A stretch of 64,000 nt of DNA from Octopus sinensis (lineage: Eukaryota): positions 123,504,001 through 123,568,000 of the forward strand of contig NC_042997.1 of the NCBI RefSeq assembly GCF_006345805.1. Direction: 5' to 3'. Position numbers and translations under genes: made by a program. The stretch's first letter is position 1; the number at the start of each line of letters is the position of its first letter. A model generated the notes under the pieces. The model saw nothing but the letters and a program-made list of their open reading frames with translations. It ran no database searches and was not told the DNA's origin. Positions 51,719 through 64,000 of the stretch are shown piece after piece.

Positions 51719-54700
51719 CACCTTGTATCTCTAAGCAATCCAAAGGTTTTGAGCATAGAACTATATGTAGCTCGTATCTTAATACTCTATACATTAAATG
51801 ATATTTATCTCCCTCACTTGAGGTTTTTATTGATCATACCTTAACGAAACAATAAACTATATATAAATACAAAGGAGAAAGAGAGAGGGATTCACACATA
51901 TGAATACGGATAAAAGTAGGCGTATATTAGATATGAATAATTGCAGACAGAAAGAATTATTATTTTCACAAGATTGATTCCTATGTTCACTTCAGACTAT
52001 TTATTATTTAAAATGATATTAAAAATAAATTGTGTGTCGAAAGTGAATTGTGCTCATATTCGCCGAATGCGCATAAAATATTAAATTGATTGTATGTCCC
52101 AGATAATATTTCTGTCGAATGTAATGTTCATTTAATATCCGTTATTTAAATATTTTCTGTTACATAGAATCATCTTATATTTGATTTGCTTCAAAGATAA
52201 TGTTCTAATGAGAATATAATGTAATTCTTATGACAATGTAAAAGAAAAGGAGATGTCACATATTCCACCAATTAAGTAGCGCTACTAAGGAAGTCGAACA
52301 GAATAATTGTCATCTCAAGACTGCTTTGAAAACAGCATAGAATACCATGTGTGTCCTTTTTTTTGTTATTACTATCGATTCTCACTTAGTACTATCGAAA
52401 TCTATTTTGAATTAAATCAACTAATCAGCCGTGTTTGACAACAAAATTGTGACTCGACTATTAAAGCTGGAATTTCAATAAATGTCAGCAGTATAAAAAC
52501 AAAAGGGCTGTTCTCTTTATTTATTTATTTATTTATTTACTTTTTGTCTGATCAGAATTGCCTGAACGGATCTGTGATCAAAGCTATTCCAGCCATGACA
52601 GTCCTGTCTGTTTCGTGTAAATTGAATTTAGGAGCACATTATCTAACGTTCTCATTTCTTTTAATAGCGACATGGTTTTTATTTGAGAGAGACGAGTTTT
52701 CTATTTTTAACATTGAATCTTGGTAGAATAATGTTTGCGGCTAAGGTGACTATTTCAAACATGTGTCTTACAATCAAGTGTTGTACGAAAAATACTAATA
52801 AATTATTCATGAAGGAAACACTTTGACATGTAACACTACATAGCCTAGACATTTACAATTTTAGACACATTATCTTATGTAAATTTCAATATATTTCTAA
52901 AAACGCAACATAATGTAAAGGCACTGGATATTATTTGAAGAATAGCATTAGGCAATTCGAACACAAAATATATTCTAAATATCTTTTCAGATATCTGTTT
53001 TATTATTCTTGAAAATGTAGTATAATTCAAATATTAAACAAATTCTACCTGAGGGTCCTCAGCTGCATTCAGTTTTGAAGTAAGGTTATTAAAAAGTAAC
53101 TTATGTAATAAAAACAATTTTCTCATACTCAGTAATAAAATTATAAGGAATTTGGCCAAAATTGTAATGAACATAAACAATGGAATTTTGTATGTTCGCC
53201 TCTATATCTATATCTTTACTGTGTGTTAAATTAGACGCGTACCAATTTCCGTGTAATATAACTGAATAAAAATATCATGCACCAAAAATTAAAGATAGCT
53301 ATAGTAATCGTATAATCCTATATATTTTGTATAATTCTGCAATATTATTTCTTTTCACATCAAGTGACTATTACGTACGACTAAAATTCTACATTGTTTA
53401 GGAGACGAAAACAATTATTTGTAAATTGCAAAAGCCCTGATATCGAAACACGTTTACGGCAAACGCCAGCGATTGTTCCATATTTTCATCTATGCATGAA
53501 CCGTAGATGAATGCAATCCCTAAAACGTTCCCGGTTTTAGTGGTTTAGATACTATAAAATTTTGCTCTTATTTTCACGAGACATTCTAATGTTATCTACA
53601 TCGTTTCTCACGGAAATCATATAAATTACTAAAATACAGGGTATAATAAGAGCAACAGGAAGTAATTTGTAGAGATACTATATAGTAATTATACAAGTAT
53701 ATAAACAGCATGTTAAGTAGCTAAATTTCAGGTTTTATATAATGATAATATATGGGTGATACATGTATTGTATTATTGCCAAATATTTTAACAGTCTGTA
53801 CGTTAGTACTTTGAACTATCTAAAATGTTTCTAATTTATAGATTCTCGGTATATTTGCATGGTTAAACTTGTCTATGTATGGATTAATCTACTTGCGCCT
53901 GTATTAACACAGCATTTCCCAATATTTGTTGTATTATTTAAATACACATTCACAACCATAAACTCGTCTGAAGTTGAAGTAATTATCATCTATTTGTAAT
54001 ATTATTGATTGATATTTATTTCCATATGTAAAAGTACATTATAAACACTTCATGACTATATATATCGAAAGTACGAGAATACATTATTATCTATTATTAT
54101 CTTAATTACCAAAATAAAATAAAAAAAATTAAAAAAGTGAATTTGTTGTCAACATTATAATATTTATTTGTCTAATAGATATATTATACACTTTGAAAAC
54201 TTAAAATATATATTTATGTGCATTGATTATAATCTTAATGTTCTTCAATGTTTCGTGTTTGAAGAAGTCATTGAAAATAAATGCAGATATATATTTAAAA
54301 TAATTCATTTTTGAAATGAAAAAAGTGAATAGCTACTTGTACTTTAAGGAGGCCGAATAGATACGTTAGTGGAAAACAAATTCTTATTATATTACTGTAC
54401 GAAGATAGATGCGACTGTGTACGACAGAAATGGTCTCTGCAATTACAAGGATGTGCAGAATGTCCCTTGCAATATTGTTTTATGATCATTTGCTAACTAA
54501 GTTTAACCAATCCGACGTCAGGTTTCTCATTCACATTGGTGAAGTATTTGTTTGGAGTCTTTCGAATGCACTCACCTCTCAAATTTCATCTGTACGTATA
54601 GTAGAAATAAAAATGTTACAAGATATTAGGGAGACTGTATCAAAATATCAGCGGGGATTTGATGTACTCTTTGTAAATAATAATCTTCAATCCCTTGTTG

Positions 54701-55285
54701 CAATCAATCGACAAATTTTCTGCGAGTGTATGGAACAGAGAATTTATCCGATGAGCTCAGAATTCATTTAAGATCGCAAGGTGTGATTTGAAGGTAATTT
54801 GGCAGTTAGTTTAGTAAGATTTACGGAGATGCAATCATTGGTTCGATATCATATACTAAGCATACTCAATGGTCTAAATTTTTATATACTTCTAGGACAG
54901 AATTTTACATTGGTGGCAGTTAGATTAATAGGTTAATTGTAGTAGCATGGTATAATGTAGAATATTGAATATTCTAAGTGCTCAGTAATGTATGTGTATT
55001 GCTTCCTAGTTATTTTCTATTACACTAAAGTCGAATCACGTCGACATGTTCATTCCAAATTTGCTTTTAGCTAAAAACAATAAAAGAACAGAAAAAGAAA
55101 CTCCATGTTATTATTAGAGCAATAAGATATTTTATGAGGACAAAATGTGTTTGCATATCTATAAAACTCATAGATTCTTACATTTATAACACTTATCTAG
55201 ACTGCGGATGAAGAAGCCAAATTCTACTGGAATTCCCACCACTTTCGTTTAACGGATTACTTCCGCGACTCTAATTTCTTGCCGA

Positions 55286-55640
55286 TGTGGATGTGTGGTA
55301 AATAGCTTGCTTACCAACCACATGGTTCCGGGTTCAGTCCCACTGCGTGGCACCTTGGGCAAGTGTCTTCTACTATAGCCTCATGCTAACCAAAGCCTTG
55401 TGAGTGGATGTGGTAGACGGAAACTGAAAGAAGCCCGTCGTATATATGTATATATGTATGTGTGTGTGTTTGTGTGCCTGTGTTTGTCCCCCAACATTTT
55501 TACGTCCCGTAACGTAGTGGTTCGGCGAAAGAGAGCGATAGAATAAGTACTAGACTTACAAAGAATAAGTCCTGGGGTCGATTAGCTCGACTAAAGGCGG
55601 TGCTCCAGTCAAATGACTGAAACAAGTAAAAGAGTAAAAA
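55286..55640 (+). mobile_element. SINE family B, least decayed copy
   Basis: GATGTGTGGTAAATAGCTTGCTTACCAACCACATGGTTCCGGGTTCAGTCCCACTGCGTGGCACC..GACTGAAACAAGTAAAAGAGTAAAA; tRNA-like head with GGTTCAGTCCC B-box variant. Confidence 0.88.
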
Positions 55641-56870
55641 AAGGAAAGAGCCACACAAAGCACGCTTCTCTTTTCTAAAACGTTAAACGCTTCCCGATCG
55701 TAGCTGTCTCTGAACCCAGAGGATCATTCAGCAGCTGTTGGATAATGTCTGTGCAACAGGTATCATCGTACTATTTAACTTCCTAATCCTCGAATAGTAT
55801 GGTGCTTTAAGAGAGCAGATTGATCGGAACTCTGCTAGTTATCGACCGTATGTAACTGCATTTCGCATACGTTTTTCTGACCCATGAGAATCATCTAGGC
55901 GTATGACTGAAGCTATCGATTTGGTTATGCCACTTCATATCTCGCTCACAATAAAACATTGCTTCCATGATTTTCTGAAGTGATGCCCTTACAGCTAAAT
56001 GAAAGCATTTTAGGCAAGAAGCAAGTTATATAACACATAAAACATTTCAGTAAGTTCACACAATTAGGAAACATTTGTTCACTAACTAACGCAACTTTAG
56101 TTTGATGGAATTCGATCCCAGAAACAAGTCTCAGAACAATGTACATTATTTAGTATAAAGTACAGGCGATATTGCTTTCTCTTGTTGAAAAAATTGCAAT
56201 TAACTTTCTAATATTCTCCTTCACAACAGATCCTTAATCGCAGGCATGAATGCACCGTCATACACACAAATACATAAGCGTATACATAAACATCCGTACA
56301 TACATATGTGCGTGAGATGGAAATTTTAACTACATTATATTAAGTAATAGCAAACGAGTAAATTCTATATTTTAACATGTCATTGTATACAACAATTTCA
56401 TAATCTCTCATCGGATTAATAAATCTAAAAGCATATTCCCAGTTTTTGCTTAATTTCCTAATGAGCATGAATTTAAATTCAGCATAAAACTATAAGCATT
56501 TTAAATGCTATTAGCTGTAGCATATAACATGAATATAAATGCAGGTGTTCGAAATATAACGAAGAAACAATCGTTTATGAAATACCTTGTCATAATCGCT
56601 AATGCATATGGTACACAAGAAACTTTTCGAGTGAAAATAATACACCCGAATAATTTTTTTCCCAACTTGATATTTTCATCATGCAAACAGGCAATTATAC
56701 GGCATAATTTCTTTTCCAATATTTTTGAATAGTGATTATTATATGTATTTTATAATACTTCAGCAAAAAAAGGAAATATGAATCCCTGAAACATGTGAAT
56801 TTCAAATAATTTTCGTCGAAAAGAAATGATTCAAAACTACAGATTTAACTCAGGATAGAACACATCATAA

Positions 56871-57490
<620 letters not shown>

Positions 57491-58254
57491 TGTGTGCTTA
57501 GATGATTTCATTTAAGTCTACGTATGTATTTTTGGGGTTTTGTATATCTAAACGAAGGTTACTAAACCTACATTAGGGGATTTCTGACTTCTCTCAGTAG
57601 AATAACAATGTATTACGTTCTTTTTATATTTCACGAGAAAATGTCGACAATTCTGTGAACTCTCAATATTTCTTTACGAAACTAATGAACACACATACGT
57701 ATATACAAGCATAAAGATACACTGTCAAAGAAAACTGTCCCCCTCCTACCCATTCACTCCTATCTCTCTCTCGCTCTTTCTCGTTCTGCCTCTTCTTCTC
57801 TCTCCCTCAATCTGCCAATAATGTAACGCCGTATAAATTTATTCACACGTATAAATATGCATAAAAATATTACTCACATATGTGTGTGTGTTTATTTTTT
57901 TTATATATCTCAATTCACAACTGGAATATTTTTGACTTCTGTTCTGCTCTGACATGAACTTGTCTTGACAACTATAGAAAAGCTGAAATAATTGGCCATA
58001 CTTCAATCACAGCTGCTGAAAATCTGTACTTCTTGAAGTAGGTATATTTATACCCAGATTGGAAATACATATGGATTAAACATATATATTTTTCTTCCAT
58101 ACATTCCTTTACATAATTGTGATCCACTAAAGCTTATTTATTTAACCATGATATATATATGTGTGTGTGTGTGTGTATCTGTGTGTGTGTTTATGTGTGT
58201 GACTGTCTGTGTGTATGTGTAAGTGTGTGTGTGTGTGTACTAATAATGGCTTCA

Positions 58255-58660
58255 GTTTTGGCACAAGTCCAGTAAGTTCAGAAGTGAAAATCGATTACAT
58301 AGCCCCAAGTGCTTAACTGGAATTTATTTTATTTTATTGGTCGTGACAGGGGTAAAATCCAAGTCGACCATGGCAGCATGTAAACCCAAAACTTAAAGGA
58401 GAGGAGGACGAAAGGCAACGAAGCATTTTGTTCGGTTTCTGAGCGATTCTGATCCTGCACAAACCCTTTTTTTTATAATGGTTAAGCGTTCATTTTCTCC
58501 ATCAACCAATTTTGTCTTAAAAGATGGACAGTGTAGCACCCGTTAGAGCAATATGAGATGCAGTCTTTTGCTCAAGAACACAAAACTCCACCCAGTCCAG
58601 GATTTAAAATCACGATATCGCGATCGTGATTGGGTATCACTTACTCCTTGGCTATGTGTC
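58255..58660 (-). mobile_element. Two decayed SINEs (family A-like ~58255-58440, family C-like ~58510-58660)
   Basis: Reverse complements contain AAAATGCTTCG..GTCGACTTGG..CTTGTGCC and GTGTTCTTGAGCAAAAGAC. Confidence 0.5.
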
Positions 58661-58698
58661 CTGATACATATATATATAAATATATATGTGTATGTGTG

Positions 58699-58817
<119 letters not shown>

Positions 58818-59706
58818 GCTAAGAAGAGTTAGCGGTTGGAATAACCATCTAAGGGATATGAATATCTGTTCTTAGTACTGGTATCATTTACTTATGTTTC
58901 CTTTTGGGATGGGGATGCAAGCATATTATGTTCATAGGGCACAGGTAATATCTGAATAGACAAAAGTTTATCCACAATCAAATTTAAATGAGCAAGAAAT
59001 GGAGAAAACATTTGATCAACAGACAAACAAATTGACCAACATCCGAAAATTTATTTTTACTACAAAGCATAACATTACATAACATTTCTTACGTCCGTTG
59101 CGGCTGCCGATGTCAATCGGAGCTTACAAATGAAATATCGAAACTAATATTCGCCATCTCTATGGCACATTCGATCTAGTACAAGGAGATCCATCAGAGT
59201 GAATGCAAATGAATAGATAAATAAATAAATAAATAAATCAGACTTGCAGATTAATAATAATAATAATAATAATAATGATGATAATGATGATAACTAGGAG
59301 GAATATGTTTGCGGGTATTAACACCACGCCCTGGAGGAATGGATAAGATGACAGGAAAATATAATCTTTTTTCTCTTTTGTTTCCTTTTTTTCTGTCGTC
59401 ATATATTTTCTGCTATTTTCTGGGTTTTTTTTTTCTTTTCGCCTGTTATAAAATTGTAACCTAAAAACTGATGATTCTCATTCCATCAACAGGTGGACGC
59501 TGGTTGCTCTCGTTCATACTTTACGTTGGAACTTTTGTAATTTTGAATTTTTATCACTTCATATTTTGAACTTGACAAAGACAGACGTACAGTTGAAATA
59601 TCGTTCAACTAACAAAATATCTTACAATCGAATCGTTCTCTTCGTTTTGACTGTTTAGCTTTGTGAAGAGTTACGCCAAACCTTTTTAAAATATAATAAT
59701 AATAAT

Positions 59707-59768
<62 letters not shown>

Positions 59769-59769
59769 G

Positions 59770-60320
59770 TTCCCCTGATGCAGTACCAGGCAGTGGCTCT
59801 CGTGGCTTCTGATCCTAACTGATTGGAATTGTTATCATGTACATTGTTTTGTCGTGGTATGAAAGATGGGCTACAGCAAATATTCTGCTCAATACCACAG
59901 ATTTGCTTATCAGTTGTTTGACCTTAACCAGTTCAGCATGTCCCTTAGTGGCTGACAATATGTGTATCTCTGATCACGTGCAGAAGTAGTAGAGGAGCAT
60001 CATAGCCGTGTGTTGAGATGGATTCTTACCGGTTTGGATAATTTACCTTTGGAAACAAGGGTGGTTCGTTCAACATCCTTAAACAATCCTTATTTAGGAT
60101 CGGGATGGGCTACTCGACCAGAAGAAAATTCTAGTTGGGATCCACCTGCCAGGTCATGCGCAGTTTATCTTGATATGAGATCACCATGACGCGCACATAT
60201 GGTTGTGATGCATGTGTTTGGTCTAACCTTCTCAGATGGGTAGTAATTATGGGTATACTGGGCTTCGTATATTTTACCCTTGTGTGACTTTAATGGCATG
60301 CACTGCTCTCTCACTCAATA
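59770..60320 (+). mobile_element. Non-coding ~550-bp repeat inserted in (TAA)n, with a 5'-truncated sister copy at 60430-60595
   Basis: (TAA)n at 59694-59768 on the left. Both copies end GCACTGCTCTCTCACTCAATAAT followed by AT-rich simple repeats and share GTTTATCTTGA..GCGCACATATG..GGCTTCGTATA. Confidence 0.8.
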
Positions 60321-60595
60321 ATTATAATTATAATTATAATTATAATCATAATTATAATTGTGTCGGCATTATAAAATCAAAACTGCTTATGAATGGTACA
60401 AGTACGAGCACAATAGTGGAGGAGTAGCTATGTTTATCTTGACATAAGATCATCATGTCGCGCACATATGCTTGTGATGCAGGTGCCTGATGTTCCCTTA
60501 TCATTTGGTTAGTCCTGATGAGTATATTGGTATATGTGGCTTCGTATAATTTTACTCAAGTTTCATTTTGATGGCAAGCACTGCTCTCTCACTCA

Positions 60596-60636
60596 ATAAT
60601 GTTAATAATAAATTATAATGATGATAATAATAATAA

Positions 60637-60671
<35 letters not shown>

Positions 60672-60672
60672 A

Positions 60673-60719
<47 letters not shown>

Positions 60720-60779
60720 ATAGTAGTAATAGTAAAAACAACAACAACAACAACAACAACAACAATAATAATAATAATA

Positions 60780-60841
<62 letters not shown>

Positions 60842-60851
60842 TAATAATAAC
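60596..60851. repeat. Compound (TAA)n(TAG)n(CAA)n(TAA)n microsatellite
   Basis: Read directly. Confidence 0.95.
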
Positions 60852-62699
60852 TTGATAGTGTGTGGACTACGGATAATTGCTTCAAGTTTTCTGATTGCTT
60901 GTTGAAATCCCCTTTTGCACAAACTACGCGTATTTATATATGCGAATCATGGAATGGTTTTACGAAACCTGATATTTCAGATTACACAATTCCATGAACA
61001 GGCTCCCGATTGGAGTTCTTCTCAATGTCCTCTAACAAACGGTAACTGCTATATATGGAATGAAGGTAAACACTTTCAAAAATACGAGCTGAAGTGTTGA
61101 TCTCGATCCCACATCAAATACTGATTGCATAATATGGAGGTGCCCCAAAGTGTCCACAGGCGAGTAGCAGAAAATGCCAAAACATGTGAGTATAAATACA
61201 TATACAGGAATGGAATATTTTTTGTGTATTTGCTTGTGTGCATCTGTGTGTCTGCGTGCGTGTGTCTGTGTGTGTGTCTGTCTCTGTCTGACTGTCTGAG
61301 TGTGTTTGTGCGCGCGTTTGTGCACTAGTGTGTGCAGATGCAATTTGTTGTGATATGTGTTTCCATTTGTCCATAACTGTGTCTGTATGTAACGGATGGC
61401 TCTATTTCAAGTATAAATGAGTACACTTATGATTTAGTGTGGAGATAAAATATCAAAAGTTATATGATATATTTTTGCTGTCAATCTGAATTAAATCTTC
61501 TCAAACGGTGATATAAAAGCATTTTTGTTTCTAGCATTTGGAAGCAAAGCTCATATAAAATAAGAAATGGATCATGTCAATTTACATGAATTTTTACGAC
61601 TAGTATATTAAAATATGTTTCGATAAATTATGAATGTAGAGGGATGTTTGAAAACCATTGATGTATTGAATTAATCCGATGTGACATATATTTAAAACTT
61701 ATCAATTGACCGTCAGGAAAAAAACAGACAAGGGAGGACTTACATGATACAGAACTGTAGCTGTATTTTACTGTTGATACGGAATATCGAAGATGACTCG
61801 ATCGTATTTAGTTCGTTACTGGAGAAACTAAATAAGTTTTAGAATGGTTTTAATTTAGAAAATAAAAAATATATAGCAAAGATTAAGAATATATTTAAAT
61901 AGAAATATGTAAATGAATCAATGGTAGATAGACAAGAGTTCAACAGTTGAATATAATAAGGAAATTAGAACTGGATTCTGAGAATGAATTAGGGAAGCTA
62001 TCTGTTAATTTTACTGCAAATTTATGATTGAATGACCAAGAATGAGAAACAAAAAACGTTGATTACTGACTTGCATAGAAAATGTATTAGAGTTCTTGAA
62101 AGGAAAACAAACATTGTTGAGACTCTGCTATAAATTATTGAAAGATTAGAAGATTATGGAACCGTACACAATAAAATAATAACTAGAGCGAAGGGAGCAG
62201 AGTGGTGTTAGAAGGTCGCGAAACTAAGTGGTTATCAGAAATGGGCCAGTGTTCTTAATGGAAGGAGTATACGTTACACTGTTAATGGATTGCCAGAATT
62301 GAATAAATATGTAATTAAATAAATATATAAATAAATACATAAATAAATAAATAAATGGAATAAATCTGAGAAGTTAAATGTAGAAATCCACATAAATATC
62401 TTTTGTGTATTTATTTTGCAATCCTGAAATGGGAAATGGAATACAATCAATACAATAAATTGAATTTAAATATTAATGCATGAGGAGGAATTGCAGGAGC
62501 CTTAATTTATTAGATTAAGCTAATGTGAAATCAAGATTAGGAACTCACTAAATAAAGAAAAAGATTATCTTCTAGAAGCTAAAGAGAAGAAGCTATTATG
62601 TAGCACTAATAAGAATTTTGAAGAACACAAAATAGAAATAGCAAACGGAAAATAAGTATAAGTATGAAGGATAGCAAACGTTAGAGAGAAAATATGTTG

Positions 62700-64000
62700 T
62701 ATCATTTTGATGTCATACTGTACAGACAACAGAATATATAAAAGGGGTTTATCTCATATAAATATGGAAGAATTGTCAGTACATAACATATGTTCAGATA
62801 TTTAATGTGGACAGATAAGCGCCATGAATGATTGCTACTCTCATGACTGTGTTGTATCACCTTGAAATCACCACAGGGACCCTACTTACAAATATATTAT
62901 TATACAACACTTTACCGAGATAACATTTTTTTGGAAATCTATTCTAAATGTAAGTGTGTACATCAGATACGGAAAAGTAAATGCAACATTATAAGGACAA
63001 CAAAAACATGGCATTTTTGTGGGTGGATATAATGCCCGGTTGTAAAAAAATGAAACAGAGAAATCAGCTGAACTCTATCGTTGGCCCCATGATACCCTAC
63101 GTGGCTGACAACGGATCCAGATTCTTGATTTTCTCTATATATTTTCATTTCCTCGTAAATGTCCATTGATCATAATATTACGCATAAAAATGGTGGACAT
63201 CTCTGTAGTATATCTCTAAAAACGATGGTTATTTCATGTCTCTTAGAAGGGGAATGGAAAATATCTATTTCAATCATTCGTATGTTCACAAAAGACATTA
63301 GTTCGGTTGTGTACGTGGTGAAGACAGTTATCAAGATAAAACTTTAAAATGTGAAATAAGGCAAAACCTATTTGACACTAGCAATGTTAACGAAAACTGC
63401 ATTAGAGAATTGTTTCAGACGTAAAGAACCGATATTCTGCCATGTATCCAGAAACATATCAATAAATACGCGAGTGAATTCAAAGACACAGAGATTAAGA
63501 CAGCCGGAAACAATACAAAAGATGTAGTGAACAGTGGTTATGCCCAACACAGAAGCTATAATAGATAAATGATGGGAACAGAATGTTAAGTGAGATAATA
63601 CACATGACGTTAAAGAGATACATAAACTGGATTGACGGACAATAAAATAAATACTGGATGTGAGGCTCTAGGAAAGATTTCGGAAAACATCTACAGAGTA
63701 TTCAAATAATACTTAGCAGTAGAAGAATGCCAGTAAAAGATAAGTATTATAAATGTTCAAAGGTATATATGGGCGTAAACACAAATGGTTGAAACTTTTC
63801 ATTTAAGTAACAAATTATAGAAACCGATTAGTGATTTACGAGAGACAAATTTTTGTGTAGTCTTGAGGTTGATGTTGAAAAACTTTTAGACATTCGGAAA
63901 TGGGAAAGTAACATTACAATTTTAGCTTATATATATCTAAGCACGAATCATGTTAGACTCGTTTGAGAAGTATTGAAATGATTAATGTAAGTATAATCAA
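62700..64000 (+). mobile_element. Possible very decayed L1/Tx1-type ORF2 start (AP endonuclease)
   Basis: Ordered motif echoes across frames: FFGNL, FVGGYNARL (GDFNA), YVADNGSRF (SRID), SIDHN (SDH). Many stops. Confidence 0.4.

Noticed and set aside
54409-54771. 120-aa plus-strand ORF
   Set aside because: No recognisable motif and no convincing splice sites around it.
55720-55759. Possible 40-nt exon RIIQQLLDNVCAT
   Set aside because: No polypyrimidine tract, weak GTATCA donor, no known family.
60515-60521. CTGATGA followed by a small GTATA/TATAT hairpin
   Set aside because: The hairpin is followed by GTGGC rather than GAAA, and the sister copy at ~60245 lacks the motif.

Overview
AT-rich, microsatellite-dense animal genomic DNA with no confidently identifiable host protein-coding exon. 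The SINE families resemble, from memory and unverified, those of Octopus/coleoid cephalopods. Almost everything recognisable is mobile DNA. There are at least nine pieces of R4/Dong-like non-LTR retrotransposons (RT plus CCHC plus restriction-like endonuclease) from about four families. Most sit in (TAA)n tracts and are stacked in one orientation between 13 and 25 kb; one is flanked instead by (ATAC)n. The window also holds a 5'-truncated Tx1/L1 element, a Penelope-like GIY-YIG remnant, one full-length defective mariner, two copies of an internally deleted mariner, and many tRNA-type SINEs. The most notable feature is a head-to-tail array of four ~545-bp units at 44006-46197. Each unit carries, on the minus strand, a type I hammerhead ribozyme fold (UGAG-CUGAUGA-stem II-GAAA-CGUACG-UA/CUCA) with a palindromic stem III; the core is canonical in all four, and unit 1 has a substitution at the stem II closing base. 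This looks like a retrozyme or ribozyme-satellite that could yield self-cleaving, circularisable RNA, and it has Penelope-like inverted junctions. Decayed hammerheads of similar design occur at ~47.4 and ~59.6 kb, and a tRNA-headed SINE with a hammerhead-like tail is split by an R4 insertion at 8.3-10.7 kb. All calls come from reading the sequence by eye; no searches or folding programs were run.
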